From positions 57,660,001 through 57,724,000 of the forward strand of contig OZ024744.1 in NCBI GenBank assembly GCA_964016885.1: a stretch of 64,000 nucleotides of DNA, written 5' to 3'. Below the pieces are notes generated by a model. It had not been told where the DNA came from, made no database searches, and saw nothing but the letters and a program-made list of their open reading frames with translations. Positions 11,821 to 24,409 of the stretch are shown piece by piece (within the stretch, counting starts at the first letter, position 1; every line of letters starts with the position of its first letter). The position numbers and the translations under genes were made by a program. Source of the DNA: Eledone cirrhosa. Its lineage: Eukaryota.

Positions 11821-12869
11821 TATGGTGAATATAATTGTTTTTAAAAGTCTTCTATCAGGTGTATTGATTTCATTCCACTTTACTGTATATACGGTTGTTT
11901 TCTTTCATTAATAAATGTATATCAGGAAAAGGATGTTCTGATTTTAAATAGCTTATACCTTGTGTATGTGAGGGGGCGGAGAATGGGAGTGAGAACAAAG
12001 TGTAACCTAGAGATATAGTGAATCTGAGAATGAGAGGGGAAACTTGCATTGAAGTGAAAAAGATAGAGGTAGGGAGATGAAGGCAAGTGGATATTGGGGG
12101 AGTGGGGAGATAGCCAGATATAAGAACAGAGTGAGTGAGAAAATATATATATTCATATAGATGTAAGAATGGATACGTACACACACATATATACTTATGT
12201 ACTTATGGGTTATATCGAACATTAATAATAATGTTCGACATAACCCATATGTATATATGTGTGTGTGTATATATATAATTATATATATATATATATCATC
12301 ATCATTGATTAACGTCAATCTTCCATGCTAGCATGGGGTAGGCAGGTTTGTCCTATTTAGAGGCAAGTTCGATCAGGTGACCTTGTCTTGCTCATATAGG
12401 ACTGTTTCTGGCTGCTTTTCTACACCTGGATGTCCTTGCTAATGCCAACCACATTTACAGTGTGTACTGGCTTCTTTTTGCCGTGTCTTTTACACGGCCA
12501 TTTTACAGTGTGGGTCGTGTGCTTTTTGTCGTGACACCTACACAACCACTTTACAGTGTGGGTTGGGTGCTTTGTGGTACCAGCATAATATACATATATA
12601 TATATATATATATACACACATCATATATATACACATATATATATATCATCATCCTTGTTGTTTAACGTCCAACTTCATGGGTAGGAGTGGGGGGGGAGAA
12701 ACTCTGAGAAGGAGTGAGTGGAGAGTTAGCGAGAAAAATAGGAATAAAAATAAATTGAAAATGGAACATAAAGTGGAAAAAAAGTTATAAAAAACAGAAT
12801 ATTAAAAAGTGAGAGGAGTGTATGGATCCGGGAGGGCATGGGTGGAACACACACATACATACACATCAT

Positions 12870-13250
12870 CATCATCATCATCTTTTTTCGTCCACTTTTT
12901 CCTGCTTTCAAGAGCGGGATGGGAACTGATTCTGGCTTGATTTCTACAGCTGGATGCCCTTCCTAACACCAACCTCATTTACAGTGAGTGCTGGGTGCTT
13001 TTTTTCCGTGGCGCCTACACGTCCACTTTACAGTGTGGGCTGGGTGCTTTTTTGCTGTGGCACCTCCACGACCACTTTTCAGTGGAATGATATGGACCCC
13101 AGTCCTTATTTCATTTTTACAGCTGAGTAAACTGAAGCAATGTGAAATAAAGTCTTGCTCAAGGAAACAACACATCACCCAGTCAGAGAATTGAACTCAC
13201 AATCTTTTGATTACAAGCCCAATGCTCTAACCACTAAGCCATGTGCCTCC
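12870..13250 (-). mobile_element. Full-length CORE-like tRNA SINE with RTE-like tail ending in (GAT)n
   Basis: Close reverse complement of 18131-18450, with one extra internal ~50-bp module. Confidence 0.85.
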
Positions 13251-13359
13251 ATTCTAAAATTCATAGCAAGGCTATAAAAATGTTTATTTACATGAACATT
13301 TCATATCTGATTCAAGTCAACCATGCTATGTCAGAGCATCACTTCCTCTCATTAATTAG

Positions 13360-13405
13360 AGCCCACGTGCTTTTGCTCAGTATACAAATGAGCTTCATCA
13401 GCCAA
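13360..13405 (-). ncRNA. Decayed hammerhead-like motif
   Basis: Minus strand reads CTGATGA-a-GCTCA tttgtatac TGAGC-AAAA-gCACGTG: perfect stem II and a palindrome, but GAAA has become AAAA and there is no clear UH site. Confidence 0.4.
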
Positions 13406-13496
13406 TGTTCATAAGCATAAATACTATAAGCTTTCAGCTTATTTTCATCTAATCATTGAAGTGGATGTTTCCTTTACATCATAATGTTATCTTCCC

Positions 13497-13539
<43 letters not shown>

Positions 13540-13844
13540 ATCACATGCTGCTTCCAGAAGTGCCTCTTATTGTACAGATTTATACATCAAAAGTTATCAT
13601 TGAACAATGTATTAAGAAGACAGTTTACAAAATTGACAAAAAGAAAGGGAAGAAAAAGGGAAATAAAATAAATTGGAATGGGGAGAAGATGAACTCTTTA
13701 TACTAGACTAGATGGTATATCTAACTAAAAAAAAACAAAAACATGAATATATTATGTCTTATCGTTTTATGTTCTCTTGTAACTAACCGTTTTCCCTGGT
13801 CAGCAACAGACAGTGATAATTTTATTCTACAACATCAATGTTCA

Positions 13845-13955
13845 AGTCTTCTGCAAGCTGCATTCCTGACAGCATTAGCTTGTAGTCTTTGTTGTCACTG
13901 TTCATCTGTTTCTGCCATCTTTGCAACACAATTGTGTTTGACAGCAGAAGACATT
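13845..13955 (-). mobile_element. Possible Helitron N-terminal repeat relic (ETxEQRxxRL type)
   Basis: Minus translation KMAETDEQ*QQRLQANAVRNAACRRLE. No Rep or helicase domain was seen nearby. Confidence 0.35.
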
Positions 13956-14899
13956 ATAGGTGGTGTACATTTTTTTTTTTTTTGTGGCATTATTGATAGA
14001 AACAAAATATTAAAAAAACAATTGTAAATCAAAATATTTCCATAGAAATCCTGAGGGACAATTCAGCAAATATCCTTTTCTATTCTGCTATGGTAGTATG
14101 AGATATTTGAGAGGAAATAGAATTATAAAGAAAATAACAGAAAGGTTCAAGAAGCTATATGGATGATGATGTCATAGAGTGAAATTATCACTATATGATG
14201 CCAACCTGGGGTTATAAAATAAAGAAAATTGAACAAAAATGACATGAATCTTTTGAAAATGTAAGTTTCTAATTCGAGAGACATACTGTTTGGAAATGGA
14301 AACGAAGAGAAAACAGCTAGCAATAGGAGATAATGTTTTTGACTCAGTTTCACTTTCATTCAATCATCTATGTTTATGTAATATGTTCAGATTTCATATT
14401 TTTATTTTGTGCAATTAAATTGTAAAATTTACTGTTCATATTAAACATGTAGCTGTAGGCCAATGCATTAGACACCAAACTGCTATAAACATAGTGGAAA
14501 ACAATTTCATTTGTTACATGAAGAATGACTTTTGAAATGAAATTAAATAATGTTCTGTTAAACACTGAATATTACATCATTGAGAACTATTCTGAGCCAT
14601 TTATATCTACTTTTCAGCCTGGGAAACACTAAATATTTGACTGACTTATACATATATATAGAGAGAGAGTGAGAGAGAGATTGATTTTGAGTGTCTACAG
14701 TTTGAAGACTGAGAAGACCACAAATAGAGTAGTACTTGATGCATGGAGAGATGCACTGGGGTTGATTTAATCACTTTTTCCCCTCTCCTAAAACTGTTGG
14801 CCTTGTGCCTAAATCAGAAACCATTCTTATTCTCATCACACATGTCATTAGCCCATCTTTTTCCTGTCCAGTAACAAGGTTGTAAAGAAAAGGAACTTT

Positions 14900-17172
14900 T
14901 TGTTAGCTCTTACACAATCATTCATCCATTTTATTTTGAGAAAATCTTACAGATTTTGAAAGTTACAGATATTGTTGCCATTTGTAGCTTCTGAATTAAG
15001 GAGCTGTCTGTTATACTTTGATCCAGGTATGTTGGAATATGTCCTTAGCTTCAAGCTCCAATAATAATAGGTATGAAGCTGAGCATGTATTTTGCATACT
15101 GGATCGGCAAACTCCTCATCACTGGTCCATAGATATCCTTCTCTTGTATCATTCTTACTACATTGACATCGACTAGTGTGGAAGATAGAATCTAAACGAT
15201 GAAGATGATGATGAGCAGCTGACTTCTACAACAGAGCATGTTTTTAATATGTGGTCCTAAACAACAACATCAGGCCAGTTGTGTTTTAAATTAGTAGCAG
15301 TTTTTATTTGTAGGTCATACGAATATTCTTTTGAGCTATCAGTCTCAACATATTCCGCCTTATTTGTTTTTATTTTTGACTTCTGTAATGCATTCTAGAT
15401 TGTTCTGGCTTTCATAATATTTCATGGGAAGGACTCCATGCTAGGCTTTTAGTGTGGATTATCCTGTCTGTGCTTTCTATTTTTATTTCAAATAGCTCTG
15501 TACAACTCCTGTACAACCTTTTCCAGTTTTCCTGGATGAGAAATCCATATCAGTATTTATTTCATGTCTCTCTTAATGTTAAATGGTTATCCTAGAAATG
15601 TTTTTATTTTCATGCTTGTATATTTGGGCAAGATAGTTTCTAACTTTTTTTTTCTGTTGATTATGTTCCTTCAGTTTCATATAATGGTTTTATATGATGT
15701 TAATATGGATTTTAGGCCCAAGCCACCCACCCACCTTGCATGAGAAATATAGCCTATCCACATCACCATTGATGTTAAAGTTTCCAGTAACACTGAACAG
15801 CTTTGAAAGTCCTTACAACCATCTTGTTCAGTTCTTGCAATGACCAGTTCAGCTAGTCAAATGTTGGCATTAGGATGGAAACAGCAAAAGTATTATGGGT
15901 AATGTACTTGTTGTGTGATGAGAGTTCTGATGACCATAATACCTTTACTCTCCTGAGGTTTACATTCTTGGTTCTCTCCTTATTTATAGGTCCATCATAT
16001 CTGACAGTCTTATCCTGTCCAAGGTATCTGTAGTTGTCACCTCACTGTAGAGGTTGTCAGACTGTTCATTCCTAGTTCTCTCATTTATAGGTCCATCATA
16101 TCTGACAGTCTTATCCTGTCCAAGGTAATTGTAGTTGTCACCTCACTGTAGAGGTTGTATTGTCAGACTGTTCATTCCTAGTTCTCTCCTTATTTATAGG
16201 TCCATCATATCTGACAGTCTTATCCTGTCCAAGGTAATTGTAGTTGTCACCTCACTGTAGAGGTTGTATTGTCAGACTGTTCATTCCTAGTTCTCTCCTT
16301 ATTTATAGGTCCATCATATCTGACAGTCTTATCCTGTCCAAGGTAATTGTAGTTGTCACCTCACTGTAGAGGTTGTCAGACTGTTCATTCCTAGTTCTCT
16401 CCTTATTTATAGGTCCATCATATCTGACAGTCTTATCCTGTCCAAGGTAATTGTAGTTGTCACCTCACTGTAGAGGTTGTCAGACTGTTCATTCCTAGTT
16501 CTCTCCTTATTTATAGGTCCATCATATCTGACAGTCTTATCCTGTCCAAGGTAATTGTAGTTGTCACCTCACTGTAGAGGTTGTCAGACTGTTCATTCCT
16601 AGTTCTCTCCTTATTTATAGGTCCATCATATCTGACAGTCTTATCCTGTCCAAGGTAATTGTAGTTGTCACCTCACTGTAGAGGTTGTCAGACTGTTCAT
16701 TCCTAGTTCTCTCCTTATTTATAGGTCCATCATATCTGACAGTCTTATCCTGTCCAAGGTAATTGTAGTTGTCACCTCACTGTAGAGGTTGTCAGACTGT
16801 TCATTCCTAGTTCTCTCCTTATTTATAGGTCCATCATATCTGACAGTCTTATCCTGTCCAAGGTAATTGTAGTTGTCACCTCACTGTAGAGGTTGTCAGA
16901 CTGTTCATTCCTAGTTCTCTCCTTATTTATAGGTCCATCATATCTGACAGTCTTATCCTGTCCAAGGTAATTGTAGTTGTCACCTCACTGTAGAGGTTGT
17001 ATTGTCAGACTGTTCATTTTTAGATTTCCAGAGGAGGACACAACTTTTCCACATTTTATTGTCAAAAATGCACAGTTAAACTCACTCGTCTGTGGAAACG
17101 TGGGTAATGAAGTCCAACTTCTTTTTGATTTGGTTACTATGTGGACCATTCAACTTTGGGTCATTGATAATA
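14900..17172 (-). mobile_element. R4/Dong-like non-LTR retrotransposon relic (RT plus restriction-like endonuclease)
   Basis: Minus translations INDPKL (degenerate xDDLKL), CAFLTIKCGK, DNYNYLGQD, GNFNINGDVDRLYFSCKVGG and KHNWPDVVV*D...CSVVEVSC. Confidence 0.8.
15971..17017. repeat. Minisatellite: 10 near-identical copies of a 104-bp unit (106/109-bp variants)
   Basis: Units start at 15971, 16075, 16181, 16290, 16394, 16498, 16602, 16706, 16810 and 16914. Confidence 0.95.
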
Positions 17173-17450
17173 TATCTGTGTATGTTTGTGTGGAGGCATG
17201 AATGTATTCTATATATATTCTGTATATGTATGTATTCATCTGTCAGTCTATTTGTCTGTATGTTTGTGTGTGTGCAATTGTATGTATGAATACATGTATT
17301 TGTGCACGAGTATGTATTTATGTATGTGTGAATGTAAATGTGTGGATATATGGATGTTACTTTGTGTGTGTGTGTGCATGTGAATATTCTACTATGATAT
17401 TGTAACATTAATCATTATCTATTTCTGTCTTTATTTTTTTTTTAATGCAG

Positions 17451-17513
17451 ACTCAAGGCTGTAATATAGCCACAGATTTTGATACATTATCTGCCAACGC
17501 TGTGTGGTTGAAG
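17451..17513 (+). CDS. Candidate 63-nt symmetric exon (TQGCNIATDFDTLSANAVWLK), product unknown
   Basis: Strong poly-T acceptor ttttttttttaatgcag|, donor AAG|gtttgt, and only one open frame. Confidence 0.45.
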
Positions 17514-17560
17514 GTTTGTGTTTATATATGTGTGTGTATGTATGCATGGGTAGGGAGCAT

Positions 17561-17592
<32 letters not shown>

Positions 17593-17665
17593 ACTGTGTG
17601 TGTGACATATATAGCATTGTTATAGCAATCAATATTCTGCTCTACATGACATCATAGAGGTAGTA

Positions 17666-17708
17666 GTTCTCTGATGAGAATGCAATCACTTCTGAAATGC
17701 ATAAGAAT
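17666..17708 (+). ncRNA. Minimal type-I hammerhead ribozyme motif
   Basis: GTTCT-CTGATGA-gaatgcaatcacttct-GAAA-TGCA-TA-AGAAT: stem I TTCT/AGAA, palindromic ATGCAT stem III, AUA triplet; stem II is imperfect. Confidence 0.65.
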
Positions 17709-18130
17709 AATCTTTTATGTTTTTCTGTGTATTTAGGAATAGTAGAATGTGTTTACACTTCATATTTTATTCTTTTCACAGCAAAAATGGTAGTTATGTG
17801 CACCATTAGATAATGTAAAAATGGGGATAGAGAGTACATCCTTGCCATCTTATGCACACACACACAGGCACATACAAAACACAAATTCCCTCTCTCTTTC
17901 AATCAATGACTTTCTATATCTTGCACACCAACTGTCACCATACACCCTATTTTCTGAAGGTGCTCTACCTGTAACTATCCACCTTCTGAAATGATGCTCC
18001 AGCCATGACTCTCCAGTACAGTTACTACCATGATTCTCATTCAACAAAATGGTTACTAATTCAGTGCATTATATCCTGGGCAACACTGGAAAAGTGGATG
18101 TGAAATGATTATATATATAAATATATGATG

Positions 18131-18450
18131 AGGCACATGGCTTAATGGTTAGAGCATTGGCCTTGCAATCAAAAGGTTGTGAGTTCAATTCTCAGACCGG
18201 GTGATGTGTTGTTTCCTTGAGCAAGACACTTTATTTCACATTGCTCCAGTTTACTCAGCTGTAGAAATGAGATGATAGGGACAGGTGTCCACTGCAAAGT
18301 GGTCGTGGAGGTGCCACGGCAAAAAAGCACCCAGCACTCACTGTAAATGAGGTTGGTGTTAGGAAGGGCATCCAGCTGTAGAAATCAAGCCAGAATCAGT
18401 CCCACCCTTGCTAGCAGGGAAAAGCGGACGTAAAATGAAATGATGATGAT
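18131..18450 (+). mobile_element. Full-length CORE-like tRNA SINE with RTE-like tail
   Basis: A box tggcttaatgg, B box gagttcaattct, motif tccttgagcaagacactt, and tail ggacgtaaaatga..(tga)n. Confidence 0.85.
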
Positions 18451-18544
18451 ATAAATATATATATATATATATTTATATAATCACATGTCTATTTTTCTAG
18501 GCTTGCATAGGTTAGAGCAGGAGATTTGTGCAGACTAGTGTCTT

Positions 18545-18720
18545 CTACATATTGTTTCAACCTGTGCACATATTAGGGTAGGTCTTCTGCAATGCAGCAC
18601 AGTGGCAGAGGTCTCGATCTTGTGTAATCTCCTTTGTGAGATGTAATTGAAAATGGTCAGCTTTTATCACCTCATCCCAAGCTTTCCTAGGTCTTCTTCT
18701 TTCATAGTTTTCAGTAACTT
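18545..18720 (-). mobile_element. RTE LINE 3'-end fragment
   Basis: RRPRKAWDEVIKAD...QDRDLC matches the C-terminus of the adjacent plus-strand RTE (GRPRKTWDDLINSD...LDRDLW). Confidence 0.75.
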
Positions 18721-18731
18721 TATATATATAT

Positions 18732-19994
18732 AAACCCCTATACTTAGCTTTTGTTGACTTGGAGAAAGCCTTTGACAGAGTCCCCCGCTCCATTATCTGG
18801 TGGGCTCTTAGAAAACTAGGTGTAGATGAATGGCTTATGAGAGCTATACAAGCCATGTATAAAGAAACAGTCAGCAAGGTTAGAATTAACAATGAATATA
18901 GTGAAGAATTTAGCGTATAAGTTGGTGTTCATCAGGGCACTGTCCTTAGCCCCCTCCTATTTATTATTGCCCTTCAGGCTATAACAGAGAAGTTCAAGAC
19001 CGGCTGCCCATGGGAACTTCTATATCAGTTGATTGAACACTCATAGCTGAATTGATGGCTGAACTAAAGAAGAAATTCCAAACATGGCCTAGAATCAAAA
19101 GGCCTTAAAATTAACTTGTCTAAGACTAAAGTTCTAGTATGTAGGAAGGAAAATAGGGCACAGTTCCCCTCAGGGAAATGGCCATGCTTAGTGTGTAGGA
19201 AAGGAGTAGGCAGAAATTCCATTTTATGTCCCAAATGTAAAGTATGGGTGCATAAAAGATGTAGTGGGATCACAGGAAAGCTATCTAAGAACATAGATTT
19301 TAAATGTGGCCGGTGCTCAGGTGCAATAAGTAGCAAGTTCCCACAGGATACTAGCTCCTTCTATTGCCCAGATGCTTCTATAGAAATAGTGGACACCTTC
19401 CGTTACCTGGGTGACAAAATCAGCAATGGTGGAGGGTGCTCTGAAAGTACAGTAGCTAGAGTCAGAACGGGATGGAAAAAGTTCAGAGAGCTTATACCTA
19501 TATTGGTCACTAAAGGTTTCTCTCTAAAAATGAAAGGCAGGCTGTATGATGCCTGCATACGAACAGCAGTGTTACATGGCAGTGAGACTTGGGCATTGTG
19601 TGCAGAGGATCTGCGCAGACTGGAGAGGAACGAAGCATGCATGCTCCGTTGGATGTGTAATAGTAATATACATGAACGGCAAAGCATAAATGAACTAAGT
19701 GAGAAATTAGGAATAAGAGGGATCAGATGCTGTTTACTCGAGAGAAGACTACGTTAGTATGGTCACGTGATGCGCATGAAAGACGACAGCTGTATAAAAA
19801 AGTGCAGGGCGATCAAAATTGATGGAAGTTACGGAGTAGGCAGACCCAGAAAAACCTGGGACGACTTGATAAATTCTGACCTTACACACTTACACCTCTC
19901 CAAGACAATGTCACTGGACCGAGATCTTTGGCGCTATGCAGTAATACAGAAGACCCGCCTTGCTTATGTACATAGTGAAACCTGCAGTCAGTAG
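18732..19994 (+). mobile_element. 5'-truncated RTE-clade LINE with a PHD-like Cys/His finger inside the RT; contains stops and frameshifts
   Basis: FVDLEKAFDRVPR, GVHQGTVLSPLLF, CLVC...CPKCKVWVHKRC...CGRC, FRYLG, LHGSETW and GRPRKTW. Confidence 0.9.
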
Positions 19995-20595
19995 GCACCT
20001 CTTAACCAAATATACACCCCCGTCAGACTCCCCCTAATCCCCTATCAACACCACCCCTTTCTCTGTAAAGTTATGTTGGTACCACAACATCCAGTCCTAA
20101 ATAAATGAGGTCCTGTAAGTGTCACGACAAAAAAACACACAGTCCACGCTGTAATGTGGATGTGTAGGTAACATGGTAAAAACCTCCCAGTCCACACTGT
20201 AAACGTGGTTAGTGTTAGGAAGGGCATCCAACTGTAGAAAACCTGCCAGACAGTCCTATACGAGCGAGACAACCAATCTTGCCTCAAATGGGACAATTCC
20301 CGTCTAAACCCATGCTAGCGTGGAAGATAGACATTAAATGATGATGATGTGTCTGTGTATAATCCTTATCAAACATATATCCAGTAAATTATGACGACAT
20401 ATGTATCTATCTGTATCTTGAGGTGACTATCAAGATTTCTGATTTGTTATTATTGTTCTTGTCCAAGGATTGATACATTGGTAAATATACATAATAGATA
20501 ACTCTAGATTGACAGGCAGGATAACAGATAGATAGACAATAAGCAAGATAGATAGATGTATTTATTGTCCTAAGATAGATAGATTGATGCACAGG

Positions 20596-20848
20596 TATGG
20601 TATGGTCCCGTAACTCCTGATAGTCATAGGGGGGCTGTATTGACATACAGCATTTCTGAGTACAGCAGATTTCTTCCAGGGAGAGGAAGAATCGACCCTA
20701 GTACTAGACTACTACTTTTTTTTTATTGATCTCAAAAGCATGAAAAGCAAAGTTGACCTCGGTGGGATTTGAACTCAGAGAGCAGAGAGCTAGAACGAAT
20801 ACCATAAAGCATTCTATCTGACGCTCTAACGACTCTGCCAATTTGCCA
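20596..20848 (-). mobile_element. Deu/Nin-like SINE with an extended 3' segment
   Basis: Approximate reverse complement of 23345-23670. Confidence 0.7.
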
Positions 20849-22096
20849 GATACATAGGTATAAATAGCCAACAGTTTGACTACTGACCATGTTGACAGCA
20901 CTGTTGTGAAAGAGAGGTTTAGACAGGAAGATATCAAATTACTATTTCATCATCATCATCGTTTAACGTCCATCTTCCATGCTAACACAAAGTGGTTGTC
21001 CTATGATTCTTGTGTTTTATTATAAAAGATATGTATATAAATACATACCTGCATACATATACACACATATATTTGAATAGTATATATTTTTCAGTATCAT
21101 ATTATGACAAATGTCAGAAATTATGAGAACTAAGTGATATTTATATTATTCTTGTGATTATAATCAGTTTTAGAAAGAATTTCTCAAAACAGAAAAAGAT
21201 ACAACAAAACACACACACAAATACAATATCTAAAATCTGGTTTCAATAAGACATCTGGTTGTTTTCACTAGATAACAATCTCAAAAGACTTCTTTCTGTA
21301 TTCTTTCTTTTTTCTTCCTTTCTCTCTTTCTGCATTTTGTCCTTTCTTCTACCCTTCCTTACTTCCTTCTTTCTTTCAGTATTTATTTTCTTTCATTCTT
21401 TCTTTGATTTATCTTTCTATCTTCCTCTTTTCTGCCTTTTACTCTTTCTCATTTACTTTTTGTCTTCCTTTCATCCTTCTTTCTGTCTTTCTATCATTCC
21501 TTCTTTCTTTCTTTTTTTTTGCCACTGTTGCCTTCTTTTCTTTGTCTTTTTCTTTGATTATTTTTGTTTCACTTCTTTCCCTTCTTTCTTTATATCGTGC
21601 TATCTTTGTTTGTTTCTTTACTTTCTGTCCTTCCATATGCAGAAAATAGCAGAAAATGTCAAATGTGGTAAAAATTAAAAAATTATATAAAAACCAAGGC
21701 ACATGGTCTAGTGGTTAGTGTGCTGAGCTCATTATAGTAAGGTGGTTTTTATGCAGTTATGTCAACAAAACTGCTGATAATGCATGAATATGTCAAAATG
21801 TTAACACAAATATTTTCACCTTCCACATGTTCATTGATCTTTACATCTACTTGAACTCATACTTTGTGTGTGTTTATTATCATTTTTCCCACCAAATTAT
21901 TTTAATTCTCCCAATGAAGAAGTAGGGGTTTCTAAGAAAGAAAGCTCTATTGCTGGAAATTTACATAACAACAACCATGAAAACTTACATGTTGAACTTT
22001 AGCAAAGTCTTGCATATTTTTACTGTTTATCTCCTACTCTTTTTACTTTAGAGATATATCAGATGAAAGAATGGTATTTAACTAATATATTGGTAC

Positions 22097-23135
22097 GCGA
22101 TGGGGCCCACCCACAGCCCCGGCGGACAGAATGGAGAAGGCGTTTCCCCGGAGGACGGCAAGAGAGACGCGCTGGAAAAGCCACTCCAACTCGCGGGGCT
22201 CACCTGCGGCTGGCCAGCTCAGCGCCTATGGTGGTGAGTAAGGAGGTAGCCCTGGGGCCGAGGACACCAGAAGTCTCCACTGCCAGGGGTACGACCGCAA
22301 ACCTGTCGGAGAGCGACTGGTATTTGAGGAGTTTGGCCCCCTCAGCCCGACGTGCAGCAGAACCTGCGTCAGTCGCAGACTGCACCAGGTTGCGGCTGCA
22401 GAAAGTGTCGGTGCAAGTGGCATCCCAGACGAGGGGTTTGCCACCGCGGAACAGGAAGATGGTCATGTCATCTGGCCTTTTGCCGTCCCCTCGATTCAGC
22501 CCCACCGACTCGAGCTTGGGAAGGGAAGCCTGCAGCATCCAAGCCATACTTAATGACCTCGTTGAGGGCAGCATGGCGTGGAATACGGCCGGCACTGTGG
22601 CGACAGGAAAGCGGGTGGAGGCCGAAAGAGTCCACGGTGGAACCGCAGTGACATTGGTATGGCTGGCAGATCCGGAGGCCGAGCCTCAGGGAAACACCGA
22701 TTCGCAGGCTATGGTTGTCTAGCTGCGTGCCAGTGGAGAAGGAGGGCAGGGCATGGAGCTAGGCACCACTGTGGGGTTTGGAGGCCGCACAAAAACAAGC
22801 AAGGAAGTGCTGGTCGAACTGGCGCGTGAGCCTGTCTGAGGTCAGGCTGCACTGGATGGCATCCCAAGTGCGTTGGAGGGGGGGGGGGGCACTTGACGTC
22901 AGCAGAGGGAAAAGGAGGAGGGATGTCTACTGGGCTAAGTCCCAGCCGGTCCCACGTCTCACAGGCGGCCTCACGTTCTCTGAACACAGAGGGTTCTGTT
23001 GTGTTTTGAAGAACCCTGCTGACGAGGACGCGGCACAAGATTTCCGACGAAAGATACACCGGCAAAGCTAGTGAGATCGGGGACCGGAGGCCAAGGCTGC
23101 CATACCTGACCGGTAAAGTGGCCTATTGCCACCCT
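22097..23135 (-). mobile_element. CRE-like non-LTR retrotransposon 3' fragment (CCHC knuckle plus restriction-like endonuclease), GC-rich
   Basis: [72 protein letters not shown] and FQRVSLAVLRGNA. Confidence 0.88.
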
Positions 23136-23344
23136 TTGTATTTGTATTTGATAGCAGGGAAAACAGGCATTAAATGAGAATGAGGATGATGATGATGTGT
23201 TAGCTGGTCAGTTTCTTTGTGTGAAAGCCCCATCTTTTCAACATTACCAATTAGACAGTAACTCATATAGCCAGGTACACTAATGGATGTGGGAACAGAT
23301 GTATGTATGTATGTGTTTATGTATTTATATATATATGTATAGGT

Positions 23345-23670
23345 GGTGAATTGGCAAAGTCATTAGAACATCAAATAGAATGCTTTGCGCCATTCTTTTC
23401 GGCTCTTTGCTCCCTGAGGTCAACTTTGTCTTTCATCCATTTGAGGTCGATAAAAAAAAAAATACCAGTCTAGTACTGGGGGTCGATTCTTCCTCTTTAT
23501 CTCTTTCTCACTTTTCCTCTCTCACTCTTTCTGTCCTTCTCTGGAAGAAATCTGCTGTATTCAGACATGGATAGGAGATAGGCTTGGTCAGATTTAGACA
23601 AATGCCCTAGCTATGCTGTATGTCAATACAGTGCCCCGGCAAATTCCTTGGAAGTTACGGGATCATGCAT
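23345..23670 (+). mobile_element. Deu/Nin-like SINE with an extended 3' segment
   Basis: gaggtcaactttgtctttcatccatttgaggtcgataaa, followed by ctggaagaaatctgctgtattcag...atgctgtatgtcaatacag. Confidence 0.7.
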
Positions 23671-24409
23671 GCATATATCTATGTATGTATGCATGTATAT
23701 GTATGTAAATCTTGATGTGAGCTTATTTGTGAATTTATTTGTAATCTTTACTTAATTCTACATAAATGTGGCCATGGGATGTTCAGTGTTGTTATTGTGG
23801 TTTTTCTATCTAGTCTGTAGTTTGTGTTTAAAGCTATTCTGTTGATACTTTCTTTTTTTTTCTTTTGATATACATTTTTTGGTGGCTGATATCACTAGTT
23901 AAAACAGCATATTTCTTCTCAACGTATGTAGTTTGCTGGCACAGTTATTTCTCACTGAAATGTGAATATGGTGGCTGAGATATTTTACATCCAAGTATCT
24001 ACTTATCCTTTTTGTGCAACCAATTGACTGATCTACCCAAGCTTTTATCTATAATTGCTGTATGACTTGATTTTATTCAAAAGTCAACTGGAATATTTTT
24101 TCATATGGTTGTATGGTTTAGAAGTTTGTTTCTAAATCATGTAATTCTGAGTTTGGTTCCACTGCCTAGCATCTTGAGGAAGTGTTTTCTAGTATAGTCT
24201 CTGGCTGAACTTTGTGAAAGCTTGTTGTTTGTATGTATGTCTGTGTGTGTGTGTGTGTCTTTGCCTCCAAAATACCATTAAGTTAGTGAATCTCTACTAT
24301 ACAGAAAAGTATGGATTGGTTGTAGAAATTTACTATGTATAAAAAATAAGTCTATAATCTGTGATAGCCGACCTTAAATTCCTGTCTTGCCATATAGCAT
24401 GTAGGAGCA

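Noticed and set aside
11370-11911. YIYI-repeat ORFs (also at 6867-7114 and 36390-36751)
   Set aside because: (TA)n/(CA)n microsatellites.
21259-21702. Hydrophobic membrane-protein-like ORF
   Set aside because: Degenerate CT/T-rich low-complexity tract.
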